From: an uncultured delta proteobacterium
GTDB taxonomy: Bacteria; Desulfobacterota; Desulfobacteria; Desulfobacterales; QNYZ01
Length of the DNA: 64,000 bases
Assembly: GCA_963845145.1 (NCBI GenBank)
Contig: CAWJQU010000005.1
Location: 160,001-224,000 of the forward strand
Direction of reading: 5' to 3'
The position numbers and the translations under genes were made by a program. The notes under the pieces are model-generated. The model was given only the letters and a program-made list of their open reading frames with translations. It was not told where the DNA came from and did not search any database. Of the stretch, positions 9,987 to 19,534 are shown one piece after another (position 1 is the first letter of the stretch; every line of letters starts with the position of its first letter).

Positions 9987-11217
9987 ATGCGCTATGTCAT
10001 CATTGGAAACGGCATTGCGGGGGTATCTGCCGCCGAAGCCATTCGGGAACTGGACAAGACCGGCACCATCGTCATGATAAGCGACGAAGCCGTGCCCCCT
10101 TACAGCCGGCCAATGATCAGCATGGTTCTGGACGGTTCCGTATCATTCGGACAAGTTGGCCATCCGACCAACCAATTTTTATGATCGCCTGGATATCAGG
10201 CCTGAGTTAGGCGAACGTGTCAGTAAAATCGATGTCTATGAAAAGCGTATTCGAATAGGTGAAGATCATTGGATTGGCTATGATAAATTACTCATCGCTT
10301 CCGGCGCCGATGCTAGGCGGTTAAAAGCCGATGGTGTCAATCTGGACAATATTTTTTACATGCGAACCCAAGCGGATGTGAAGGCCACGCTAAAAACGAT
10401 TCCCCAGGCAAAAAAGGCGCTGGTTTTGGGGGGGGGACTGGTCGGTTTCAAAGCCGCCTATGGATTACTCAAACAGGGGTTGGATGTGACCATGCTGATC
10501 ACATCCGGTTACCCGCTCTCCATGCAGGTGGATAAGACGGCCGGGAAGATGATCCAGGACGAGCTGGTCGATAATGGTTTGAAGATAAGGGTTGGTGCGA
10601 GTGTGGAAGCCTTTGAGGGCAATGGTACCGTTCACAGTGCCCACCTTTCCGATAACTCCGAGTTGCCTTGTGACATGGTGGTGGTCGGCAAAGGTGTGCT
10701 ACCCACGCTATCCTTTATACCTAGGGATCAAATCAAGGTGGATCTGGGTATTATTATTGACGAGTATTTACAAACAACGGCGACGGATATTTATGCCGCC
10801 GGCGATGTAACCGAATCCGTCGACATTGCCCGCAAAACCCGATGGGTCAATGCCATCTGGCCCGAAGCGGCCACTCAGGGACGAATCGCCGGAATGAACA
10901 TGACCGGTCGTAAGACCATTTATAAGGGTAGCCTAAGCCGCAATATGATGCGTATCCTAAGTCTGGATCTGGCCACCTGCGGTATGATTGCGCCACGTGA
11001 CGACGGCTCTTACGAAACCATATCCGACGCAGACCCGGGTCGGAGAATTTACCGCAAAATGGTTTTCCGTGATGAATTTCTTGTGGGTGTTGTTTTGATC
11101 AATCGTATTGAACAGGCCGGTTTGCTGATGTCTTTGGTTCACAATGAAGTCCCTATTAAAATCGGCCGCAACAAATTACTGGCGCCGACGTTCAACTTCG
11201 GCCAGCTGTTGGGTTAA
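9987..11217 (+). pseudogene. FAD/NAD(P)H oxidoreductase (FNOR, NirB-like) with a +1 frameshift at ~10149 (or a sequencing error)
   Basis: The N-terminal GNGIAG…PYSRP ORF (9987) joins the 10156-11217 ORF (GGGLVG, YAAGD) if one G of ttcGGacaag is removed, giving …SF-DKLAIR. Confidence 0.85.
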
Positions 11218-11255
11218 AGTCAGTTGTTACGCACAATGCACTTTAAGGAGGTCTT

Positions 11256-11846
11256 ATGAAAGAAGTCGTTGTCCATCCGGAAAAATGTGTGGGCTGCATG
11301 CAATGCACAGCGGCCTGCGCAGTGGCGCATTCCAAAACCAAACAACTTTACAGCGCCCTTGCGGAAACCCCCCTCCCCCGTCCGAGAATCCACGTGGGCG
11401 CGGGTCTATTTCAGGAGGGGTTTCCCAATCGCTGCCGACACTGCGACCCGGCTCCTTGTCAACTGGCATGTTTGGCCGGAGCCATTTTTAGAAACAAATC
11501 CAGCAATACCGTCTTCATCTACCCGGACAGATGCATAAATTGCGCGTCGTGTGCCATGGCCTGCCCTTACGGCGTCATCCGGTTTTATGAAGATCAAGCT
11601 GCGCCGCCGGGGAAAACCGTCGCCACAAAATGCGATAACTGCGATGACCGCAGCGCCCAAGGGATGATACCGGCCTGTGTGGAAGTGTGCAAATCCGGGG
11701 CGCTGACCTATGAGGAACTGTCGGCAGCCATGAAGAAAAAAACCGATGATGTGGCCCGTAGCGTGTCATCCGGTGCCGAGAAGGCAACCACCTCACCGGG
11801 TTGGGAATTGTTAAAAACGGTTAAAAAAGCCCAGCTTGCCATGTAA
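11256..11846 (+). CDS. cooF: CODH-associated 4Fe-4S electron-transfer subunit
   Basis: CVGCMQCTAAC, CRHCDPAPC, CINCASCAMACP and KCDNC motifs; immediately upstream of cooS. Confidence 0.9.
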   Translation: MKEVVVHPEKCVGCMQCTAACAVAHSKTKQLYSALAETPLPRPRIHVGAGLFQEGFPNRCRHCDPAPCQLACLAGAIFRNKSSNTVFIYPDRCINCASCAMACPYGVIRFYEDQAAPPGKTVATKCDNCDDRSAQGMIPACVEVCKSGALTYEELSAAMKKKTDDVARSVSSGAEKATTSPGWELLKTVKKAQLAM

Positions 11847-11926
11847 CGCCTTTTTTTTAAAAAACCGTAAATCTACCCGGCTGTTTGGGTGGATCGATCT
11901 ATTATACTATTGATAAGGAGGTCATC

Positions 11927-13807
11927 GTGTTTGATCCAAAAGACATACATACCATCACCCAGGACGGCCAGCTGCTAATAGAAAAAGCCAAAGCCGATCA
12001 AGTAGAAACGGTCTGGGATCGACTGACCGAACAACAGCCCCATTGCGGCTTTTGTGAAACCGGCTTGAGCTGCCGGATCTGTATCATGGGTCCCTGCCGT
12101 ATCGATCCTTTCGGTGAAGGCCCGCAGCTTGGGGTTTGCGGAGCGGATGCCGATATCATGGTGGCCCGCAATCTGGGCCGAATGATCGCCGCCGGAGCCG
12201 CATCCCATTCGGACCATGGCCGGGATCTGGTGGAAGTGCTTGCCGCCGTCGCTGAAGGCAATGCGCCCGGATACAAAATCCGAGATGAAGAAAAACTCAA
12301 AAACGTTGCTGCCGAGTACGGTATTACCACCGATGGTAAAGAAGCCCTGACCATTGCTGGCGAACTGGCCGATGCCATGATGGAAGACTACGGTATGCGC
12401 CAAAAACAGATAACCCTCATTAATCGTGCGCCCAAAAAACGCCAGGAACTATGGAAGAAAGTGGGAATCATGCCCCGTGGTATCGACCGGGAAACCTCCG
12501 AAATGATGCACCGCACCCATATGGGTGTGGACAACAACTGGCAGAGTATTTTGCTGCACGGGATGCGAAATGCCTTGTCGGACGGATGGGGCGGCTCCAT
12601 GATCGCCACGGATATCTCTGATATCCTCTTTGGTACACCGTCGCCCAGACCCACCCAGGTCAATGCCGGGGTTTTGAAAGAAGATCAGGTCAATATCGTG
12701 GTTCACGGCCACAATCCGGTGGTGTCGGAAATGATTTCCAACGCATGCATGATGCCGGAGTTATTGGATCTGGCTAAAACGAAAGGGGCCGACGGAATTA
12801 ACCTGGCTGGCGTCTGCTGTACCGGCAACGAGCTGTTGATGCGCCGGGGTATCGCCATGGCCGGTAACCACCTCATGACCGAATTGATCCTCACCACCGG
12901 TGCCGTCGATATGATGCTCGTCGACTACCAGTGCATTATGCCCTCTCTGGGAACCATCGCCGCCTCCTACCACACGCAAATGATCAGCACCAGCGATAAG
13001 GCCAAATTCCCCGGCATGGAACACAAGGAGTTCCACCCCGACAATGCCAAAACCCTGGCGGTTGATCTGGTCAAATCGGCCATTGAAAACTACACCCAAA
13101 GGGGGAAAGTATATATCCCTGTAAAATCGGTCCCGGCCATAGGCGGTTTTTCGGTGGAATCAATTATCGGCGCTCTGGGCGGTACCCCCGATCCGCTGAT
13201 CGACGCCATCAAGGCCGGTAAAATTCGCGGCGCCGTCGGTATCGTGGGCTGCAACAACCCCAAAATCAAACAGGATTACGGGCACGTCACCTTAACGAAA
13301 CAGTTGATTGAAAATGATATTCTAGTCTTGGATACGGGATGTGTATCGGTGGCCACTGCCAAGGCTGGATTCAAAGTACCGGAGGCAGCCGATATGGCGG
13401 GTCCGGGATTAAAAGAAATTTGCCATGCGCTCGGGATCCCACCGGTACTGCACGTGGGCAGTTGCGTCGACAATGTACGGATTCTGGTTTTAGCCGCAGC
13501 CCTGGCCGATGCCCTGGGAACCGACATCAGCGACCTACCCCTGGCCGGTGCGGCCCCTGAATGGTACTCGGAAAAAGCGGCCACCATCGGTTGCTATTTT
13601 GTGGCCTCCGGTGTTTACACGGTCCTGGGTCCCATGCCACCCATCACCGGTAGTATGAATATCGTGAGCTTGCTTACCGAGGGCCTCAATGATGTTGTGG
13701 GAGCGTCTTTTGCCGTAGAGCCCGATCCGGAGAAAGCCGGTCTGCTGATTCGGCAGCATATTGAAAACAAAAGGGCGGCCTTGGGATTGGATTCCCGGCA
13801 GGTTTAA
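11927..13807 (+). CDS. cooS: Anaerobic Ni,Fe carbon monoxide dehydrogenase
   Basis: CGFC…CRICIMGPC, HSDH, HGHNP, CCTGNE, DYQC, GCNN, GSCVDN and YSEKA motifs. GTG start at 11927 follows the RBS AAGGAGG. Confidence 0.97.
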   Translation: MFDPKDIHTITQDGQLLIEKAKADQVETVWDRLTEQQPHCGFCETGLSCRICIMGPCRIDPFGEGPQLGVCGADADIMVARNLGRMIAAGAASHSDHGRDLVEVLAAVAEGNAPGYKIRDEEKLKNVAAEYGITTDGKEALTIAGELADAMMEDYGMRQKQITLINRAPKKRQELWKKVGIMPRGIDRETSEMMHRTHMGVDNNWQSILLHGMRNALSDGWGGSMIATDISDILFGTPSPRPTQVNAGVLKEDQVNIVVHGHNPVVSEMISNACMMPELLDLAKTKGADGINLAGVCCTGNELLMRRGIAMAGNHLMTELILTTGAVDMMLVDYQCIMPSLGTIAASYHTQMISTSDKAKFPGMEHKEFHPDNAKTLAVDLVKSAIENYTQRGKVYIPVKSVPAIGGFSVESIIGALGGTPDPLIDAIKAGKIRGAVGIVGCNNPKIKQDYGHVTLTKQLIENDILVLDTGCVSVATAKAGFKVPEAADMAGPGLKEICHALGIPPVLHVGSCVDNVRILVLAAALADALGTDISDLPLAGAAPEWYSEKAATIGCYFVASGVYTVLGPMPPITGSMNIVSLLTEGLNDVVGASFAVEPDPEKAGLLIRQHIENKRAALGLDSRQV

Positions 13808-13936
13808 ACGGTTAGGAAAATAGTGGCAAGTGCGGGGAGATTCAAGCATAGATATGAACAAAATAAAAGGATTAGACGACAATTAGGGTTGAAACCCGAA
13901 ATTATTCAGATATCAATTATCGCCTCTTTTTTGGCC

Positions 13937-14638
13937 TCAAGCTGACCCTAATAGGTTGTTTTTCGAACGATATTGGCACGACTTGTTGATGGCGCAGTAC
14001 TGGCAGGTTGCCGCAACCTTGTGTTCGCTAAAATCCGGGCCCAGACCAATGAGCAGTGACAGCGAATACTTGGGGCGGAGTAAAAAAGTCTCCCCCACTT
14101 CCACCCCGACCGCCGGGGCATCGGCCAAGAAGCATAAGGCGGGTTGATCGTCCATGCACCAGCCGTTGAGCGCACCAGGAGACAGCGCTGGACTCACTCC
14201 CCATCCTTTTTGGGCAGCCATCTCTTCGACCAAGTTCCTCAGGTGCAGGGCCACCTGATCCAGAGCCAGAAAACCCGCGCAGCCCAGCATATAAGCCTCC
14301 AAAGTTTGCGCGTTCACTTGCAAGGCTGCGATCTCATCATCCAGTATTTTGCCTAAAGTGGCCATGGCCGCTATCACTTCTTGAGCCCCTTGGACCAGGC
14401 CACGATGGGGTCCGATCTCTATATGGGTCTCGCCCACCAGGAGGCCTCTTGAGACAGGCTGGATTGAGCGGTGACGCTGGAAGCTCAGGGCTGGCTGGGC
14501 CAATTGCCGGCAATGCCCGGCAGCCCATTGGGCAACGTTCCTGATCTCTTCATTATCCGGATCGCCCTCACGCCTCAGCAATTCTGCCGGATCGATTTCG
14601 ATGGTCATATCTGTGATTACCGACATAATAATTTCCAT
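13937..14638 (-). CDS. Stand-alone methionine-synthase activation-domain-like protein
   Basis: ATLG…LSPG…GW…DQ…L.PKYSLS pattern and C-terminal CxxC-x4-C (CQYCAINKSCQYR), as in reactivation-domain proteins of corrinoid clusters. Confidence 0.75.
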   Translation of the reverse strand: MEIIMSVITDMTIEIDPAELLRREGDPDNEEIRNVAQWAAGHCRQLAQPALSFQRHRSIQPVSRGLLVGETHIEIGPHRGLVQGAQEVIAAMATLGKILDDEIAALQVNAQTLEAYMLGCAGFLALDQVALHLRNLVEEMAAQKGWGVSPALSPGALNGWCMDDQPALCFLADAPAVGVEVGETFLLRPKYSLSLLIGLGPDFSEHKVAATCQYCAINKSCQYRSKNNLLGSA

Positions 14639-14662
14639 GGACCAGGGATATGATACCCGAAC

Positions 14663-15451
14663 TCACACGATAGACTCGCGCTCAACCCTGGCGGGCACTT
14701 GTGGTTCTGTGGCTGTTACCTGGGCTGAGATTTCTTTTTGAGCGGTGCGCATGAAAAAACGGTCATGCAACTGAATGAGGTCCATAACCTTATTGAGACC
14801 TTGTCGAGCATTTTTGGGCCAGACGTAAGAGCACACACCCAGAACAGGCATTCCGGACAGCATATTATCCAGGGTTCGCTCAAACTCCATCAAGCCTTCA
14901 TGGTTGCCACAGCAAGAGAAAGACGGCGATCCTGAACCGTAGATGCCGCGATAACCGTGCTCCAGAGAGCTTGCCACCTCTTTGAACCAGGCCCCTGCCG
15001 CACCGATAGGACCGTGAGTTTCAAATACACGGCTGAGATTCAAAAAAACCATATCCCCGCCTGCCTCCAACTTAGCCACCGGAAGACCGGCTTTGGTCAA
15101 ATCCTGTCGAATCTCGTCAGGATCCTGCCACCAGCAAGCCTTGAGTCGGCGGTAACCCAGCCGGGGTGCATTTAAGAAAAATGAGCGTTCAAAATCCATG
15201 ATTTCACTGTGCCCGGAAAATATGCCCAAGACATGACCTGCTTCCGGAAGTATTTGCCCAAAGTTTGTGAGGGTAGAGGTAGGCGCCTTCTTGACGCCAT
15301 CTTCCATAAATCCATGGAGCTTATCGCGGTCGATACGCCACTCCTTACCGATCTTCACTGCCGGCAAGACCCCTTGGCGACACATCTTGTACACCGTGTT
15401 GCTGTGAACTTTGAGGATGGCTGAAACTTCCTGGATGGTTAAATAGTCCAT
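14663..15451 (-). CDS. Excisionase-type HTH (HTH_17) + MEDS-domain transcriptional regulator (DcmR-like architecture)
   Basis: YLTIQEVSAILKVHSNTVYKM…LPAVKIGKEWRI, followed by MEDS-like GHVLGIF…GYRG…LMEFE…GVCSY…IQLH. Confidence 0.8.
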   Translation of the reverse strand: MDYLTIQEVSAILKVHSNTVYKMCRQGVLPAVKIGKEWRIDRDKLHGFMEDGVKKAPTSTLTNFGQILPEAGHVLGIFSGHSEIMDFERSFFLNAPRLGYRRLKACWWQDPDEIRQDLTKAGLPVAKLEAGGDMVFLNLSRVFETHGPIGAAGAWFKEVASSLEHGYRGIYGSGSPSFSCCGNHEGLMEFERTLDNMLSGMPVLGVCSYVWPKNARQGLNKVMDLIQLHDRFFMRTAQKEISAQVTATEPQVPARVERESIV

Positions 15452-15790
15452 TTTGCCCCCCCAACCCCGGGTATTTTTGTGATGGTAACAGATTTCATGT
15501 GACTCCTCTGGCCCCATATCTTGGAGCGTCAAGGGGTTTTAGTGACCCAACAGATTCCTTGGCTCATGGATCATCCCTCAATTAGCCTCTGTCCGGGCAT
15601 AAACCCAGTTGTTTACGCCAGTTCGGTCCCCAATTACAAAGGGGGCCCGCAACGGATTTTCTCCGCGTTCCCGACTTCCATACCTATAAACCGTGACGCG
15701 ATTTTTTTGCTCTCGGGCCACTCATTGACCATAACCCTGTCCAGCCTCTCAATATAAGTTGCTGAATTTTTCAGTCAAGTAAATAAATTG

Positions 15791-15859
15791 TAACACAATT
15801 AAACACTTTATGCTAACATTATTTAACACTTGACAACATATTTTAATAAATGTTAACAA
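15791..15859 (+). promoter_or_regulatory. Phased (T)AACA direct-repeat array overlapping a TTGACA -35 box
   Basis: Units start at 15791, 15801, 15814, 15824, 15834, 15844 and 15854; TTGACA at 15830-15835. Confidence 0.6.
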
Positions 15860-15918
15860 ATGATGCTAATAGGTTTTACTAATTTTCAAATAAGAACTCA
15901 AATCAGGAGGTGACAATC

Positions 15919-16560
15919 GTGTCAGACCATCAATTGGAAGAGATTCGCAATGCAATCATTTCATTGTCTGTTGCCGATACCGAGGCCGCGGTGGCTAAGG
16001 CAATGGAGGAAGGGGTAGATTCCTTGTCAATCGTCAACAGGGGCTTGGCAGCCGGATTGGTTGAAGTCGGGGATCGTTGGCAAAAAAAGGAGATGTTCAT
16101 CAGCCATGTGCTGGTGGCGGCCAAGGCCATGAACGCGGGCCAGGCTATATTGGAAAAAGACATGGATGGCAGCGAGGGAGAATATTCCGCCACGGTGGTT
16201 CTGGGCACTCCCAAGGGCGATTTACATGACATTGGTAAAAATCTCGTGAGCCTTATGATGAAGGCCGCCGGTTTCAAGGTGCACGACCTTGGCGTGGACG
16301 TTGAGCCCCAGGCGTTTATCGACAAGGCCAAAGAGGTCGATGCCGACCTAATCGGCATGTCCTTAATCATGAGCATCTGTCTGGACCAGATGGAAAAGGT
16401 ATGCGCCCTGGTCAAAGAAAACGGATTGAAAGCCAAGACTATCATTGGTGGACCCGCCACCAGCGAGAAAGTGGCCCATGAGATCAAGGCCGACGCTTAC
16501 GGTGGCTTTGATGCGCCCACCGGGGTTAAGATCGCCAAAGGAATACTCGGGATCGCTTAG
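15919..16560 (+). CDS. Methyltransferase corrinoid protein (MtaC/MttC family)
   Basis: Cap domain plus B12 motif DLHDIGKNLV…DLGVDV…IGMS…IIGG; RBS AGGAGG at 15905. Confidence 0.95.
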   Translation: MSDHQLEEIRNAIISLSVADTEAAVAKAMEEGVDSLSIVNRGLAAGLVEVGDRWQKKEMFISHVLVAAKAMNAGQAILEKDMDGSEGEYSATVVLGTPKGDLHDIGKNLVSLMMKAAGFKVHDLGVDVEPQAFIDKAKEVDADLIGMSLIMSICLDQMEKVCALVKENGLKAKTIIGGPATSEKVAHEIKADAYGGFDAPTGVKIAKGILGIA

Positions 16561-16615
16561 CCCGTAACAGAAAAATAATTTATGATATCCTAATATTTAA
16601 GTGAAGGGAGCCGAT

Positions 16616-17695
16616 ATGTCTCAGATGAATTCATTAGAAAGGGTCGTTGCCGCTATTAAGATGGAAAAACCGGACCGCGTTCCGGTTACGCCTCTTTCCA
16701 TAGCCCGTTCAATCCGCGAGTCGGGCTTGACTACCGCAGAGTGCCTATATAATCCTGAAAAAATGGCAAGCGCCAAGGTAGCCGCGTCGGAGAAGTTTGA
16801 CGACGACTCCGTTGTGGCCGGTACCGACTTGTTTGTAGAGGCCGAATGTATGGGTTCCAAAGTCACCGTCTATGAGCATACCCCGGTGGTGACCGAATAC
16901 TTTCTCAAAAAAAAGAGCGACATCGATAAGCTCTCCGTGCCCAACCCGGCAACCGATGGCCGTATGCCCATGGTCACCAAAGAAATCGAGTTGATCAAAC
17001 AGAAAATCGGAGACACCCGGGTGGTAGTACCGGTTACGGGTGGACCACTTACTCAGGCCAGCCAGCTCTTTGGACCTGAGCAATTGCTCATGGCTATGAT
17101 TGAAGACCCTCAGTGGGTGCACCGGCTTCTGCGCATAACCACCGATGCTTCGTTGGCCTACTGGAACGCGTTAATCAAGGCCGGCGCCCACGCCATTGTT
17201 CTCCTGGAACCCTTCTCGGCCAACACCATCATTTCACCGGAACAATATGCCGAGTTTACCGCACCCTATTGTAAAGAGATATTCGAGAACTCCTGGTCCC
17301 AAGGAGTGGTTGGCGTCAACCACATCTGCGCCGACACCTCCATGATCTGGGAGAATATGTCAAGTGTGGGGGCCTTGGCACTGCAACTGGATCACGTTAT
17401 CGACATGGCCGATACCAAAGCTCAGGTTGGTAGCAGGATCTGCATCTCCGGTAACGTCCACCCAATTGACTACATGCTTTATGGCACCCCGGAAGCGGTC
17501 TACTGGAAGTCACGCGAGGTCATCGACAAGGCCGCCGCTGGCTCTGGCTTTGTGCTTGGTTCTGGCTGTGACCTAAATCCCGGCACCCCCAGCGAGAACA
17601 TTTTAGCCATGATCCAAGCCGGCAAAGACGCAGTCTACAATGACGACATGAGTATCAACTATGTACAAGACTCCTACCCACGGCCGACAGCGTAA
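16616..17695 (+). CDS. MtaA/CmuA-family (UroD-fold) Zn methyltransferase
   Basis: PDRVPV, VEAECMG, HICAD (HxC), GNVHP and GSGCD (third Zn ligand) motifs. Confidence 0.9.
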   Translation: MSQMNSLERVVAAIKMEKPDRVPVTPLSIARSIRESGLTTAECLYNPEKMASAKVAASEKFDDDSVVAGTDLFVEAECMGSKVTVYEHTPVVTEYFLKKKSDIDKLSVPNPATDGRMPMVTKEIELIKQKIGDTRVVVPVTGGPLTQASQLFGPEQLLMAMIEDPQWVHRLLRITTDASLAYWNALIKAGAHAIVLLEPFSANTIISPEQYAEFTAPYCKEIFENSWSQGVVGVNHICADTSMIWENMSSVGALALQLDHVIDMADTKAQVGSRICISGNVHPIDYMLYGTPEAVYWKSREVIDKAAAGSGFVLGSGCDLNPGTPSENILAMIQAGKDAVYNDDMSINYVQDSYPRPTA

Positions 17696-18295
17696 ATGAT
17701 ACTCGACACCAGCATAAAGACCATAGCGGTCTATGGTTTTTTGGGCTCGGGCAAGACCACGGTTATGATGGCTCTTGCCCGGGCTTTGGTTGATGCCGGC
17801 CACCGTGCGGCCTTGGTGGTCAACGAGGCGGGTGACGTACCGGTGGACGGTAAGCTCTTGTCCGTAGCAGGCCTGCCGGTTAAAGAAATTTTTGCGGGCT
17901 GCATCTGCTGCTCAGTGGTGGGTGACTTTATCGAGACCCTGCGCGCTTTACAGCAAGACCCGGAGCTGGATTACATACTCATTGAACCCTCGGGGATGGC
18001 CGATGCGCCCCGGCTGTTTACCTCTTTGAAAAAGCACGCTTCGAAGAATCTGCTCAAATTGATGATCCTCGATGGCCCCCGTTTGGGGCTTTTGCTCAAG
18101 GCGGCCGGCAACTTGATCAAAGGACAGTTGGCTGCATCAGATATCATTTTGCTTAACAAGGTAGATGCCATGGACCAAAGGCAGATCCGGGAGGCCCTGG
18201 AAGTGCTCCTGGGATTCTCAGTTCAAGTGCCCATCCACCAGATCAGCGCCTCCGGGGGCCTCCCGGAAGCGCTGTTATCAGACATTTTACAATGA
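17696..18295 (+). CDS. CobW/HypB/UreG-family G3E GTPase (metallochaperone)
   Basis: GFLGSGKTT, VNEAG, GCICCS, IEPSG and LNKVD motifs. Confidence 0.9.
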   Translation: MILDTSIKTIAVYGFLGSGKTTVMMALARALVDAGHRAALVVNEAGDVPVDGKLLSVAGLPVKEIFAGCICCSVVGDFIETLRALQQDPELDYILIEPSGMADAPRLFTSLKKHASKNLLKLMILDGPRLGLLLKAAGNLIKGQLAASDIILLNKVDAMDQRQIREALEVLLGFSVQVPIHQISASGGLPEALLSDILQ

Positions 18296-18660
18296 AATTC
18301 ACCAATGTCTGCCGACGGTGGCGTATCGTTGATTGCCAAACATCCCCCCGAGAGCTGCTTACCGCCATGCTCAAGGAGGTGGTGCGATGCTTACCGCCCA
18401 ACAGCCTGGGTCATGCCAAGGCATATGCCCAGTACTCTGGCGGCGCCCTGTTTGCCTCCACCACGGTGGTGCCGCCAGACATTGGTATGCAAGAGCAGGG
18501 CGAGTTTCAGGGTGGTAAAGTAGAGATCAACCTGGCCCTTATTTTTAGCGAACTTGACAAGGAAACCCTGGAAAAAACCGTGGTCGCATCCCGGCAACAT
18601 GTCCGGGAGAAATGGGGCTGTGGTTTTCAAGAGATTAAAGGAGAGTTTTATGTCCCTTAA
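18292..18660 (+). CDS. Hypothetical protein, possibly a CobW C-terminal partner domain
   Basis: Translationally coupled on both sides; LGHAKA…INL motif. Confidence 0.6.
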   Translation: MKFTNVCRRWRIVDCQTSPRELLTAMLKEVVRCLPPNSLGHAKAYAQYSGGALFASTTVVPPDIGMQEQGEFQGGKVEINLALIFSELDKETLEKTVVASRQHVREKWGCGFQEIKGEFYVP

Positions 18661-19534
18661 AGAAATTTCTGGAGTGACGTTGGGTGGAAAGCCCGGCGAG
18701 CGTGCCTCGCTTCTGGTGGGCAGTATTTTTTACGACCGCCACAAGGTGGTGACGAATGCGGCCAAGGGCGAATTTGACCAAAAGGCAGCGGCCAAGCTGA
18801 TCGATCTGCAAAACCATTGGTCGAACCTTACCGGTAATCCCGCCTGTCTGGACGTCATTGCGTCCACTCCGGTCGCAATGGCGAAATACCTGGATTTTGT
18901 ATTGGAGCGCTTTAGCGGGCCTATCATGGTCGATGGTTCCGATGCCGAAGTGAAAATTTCCGGGATCGAGCATATGGCCGATCTTGGGTTGATCGAACGG
19001 GTCATATACAATAGCATCTCACCGGAGATCACACCTGCCGAATGGGAAGCCATTACCTCCTGCGGCGTCAAATCAGCAGTGGTGCTGGCTGTTGATTCGG
19101 CCGACTTCTCGGCCGCGGGCAAACTGGCCTTGCTGAAAGGTGAGAACGGACTGGTCGCTCAAGCCCATAAGGCCGGTGTTGAGAACCTGCTGGTTGACAC
19201 TGGTGTGATTGATCTGCCCTCGGTAGGCCTTATCCGTGAACTCATGACTGATATTAAGCAACTTGGCTGCCTGGTGGGGGCGGCTCCTCATAATGCTATG
19301 GGTACGTGGGGCGGTTTGAACGAAAAAATCGGTTCAAGCTTTAGGCCCGCTGCCACTGCGGTACTCAACGCGCTGCCCATAGCCTGGGGAGGCAATTTTG
19401 TGCTTTACGGGCCCTTGTTTCTGGCGCCTACCGTGTTTCCGGCCGTGGCCATGGCCGACACCGTTTTGGCCCAGTCCCTGATGGAGCAGATGATAGTCCC
19501 CGACCTCGATCATCCCATGTTCAGAATTGCATGA
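18650..19534 (+). CDS. MtrH/CmuB/MtgA-family methylcorrinoid:tetrahydrofolate methyltransferase
   Basis: GGKPGE…LVGSIFY..HKVV…GEFD..AA, IYNSI, LVDT, APHNA and LYGP motifs; no other mtr subunits in the window. Confidence 0.88.
   Translation: MSLKEISGVTLGGKPGERASLLVGSIFYDRHKVVTNAAKGEFDQKAAAKLIDLQNHWSNLTGNPACLDVIASTPVAMAKYLDFVLERFSGPIMVDGSDAEVKISGIEHMADLGLIERVIYNSISPEITPAEWEAITSCGVKSAVVLAVDSADFSAAGKLALLKGENGLVAQAHKAGVENLLVDTGVIDLPSVGLIRELMTDIKQLGCLVGAAPHNAMGTWGGLNEKIGSSFRPAATAVLNALPIAWGGNFVLYGPLFLAPTVFPAVAMADTVLAQSLMEQMIVPDLDHPMFRIA

Noticed and set aside
15452..15918. Cobalamin riboswitch upstream of the corrinoid operon
   Set aside because: Could not find the B12-box or the GGGAA…CCCGC.ACTG core; an Infernal search would settle it.
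15919..16560. HgcA mercury methylase
   Set aside because: It has a DxHxxG His-on motif, no NVWCA cap helix, no TM domain and no hgcB.
16616..17695. True uroporphyrinogen decarboxylase HemE
   Set aside because: It lacks the RQAGR motif, has HxC…C Zn ligands and sits in a corrinoid context.
18650..19534. Membrane Na+-pumping Mtr complex
   Set aside because: No mtrA-G subunits are present.
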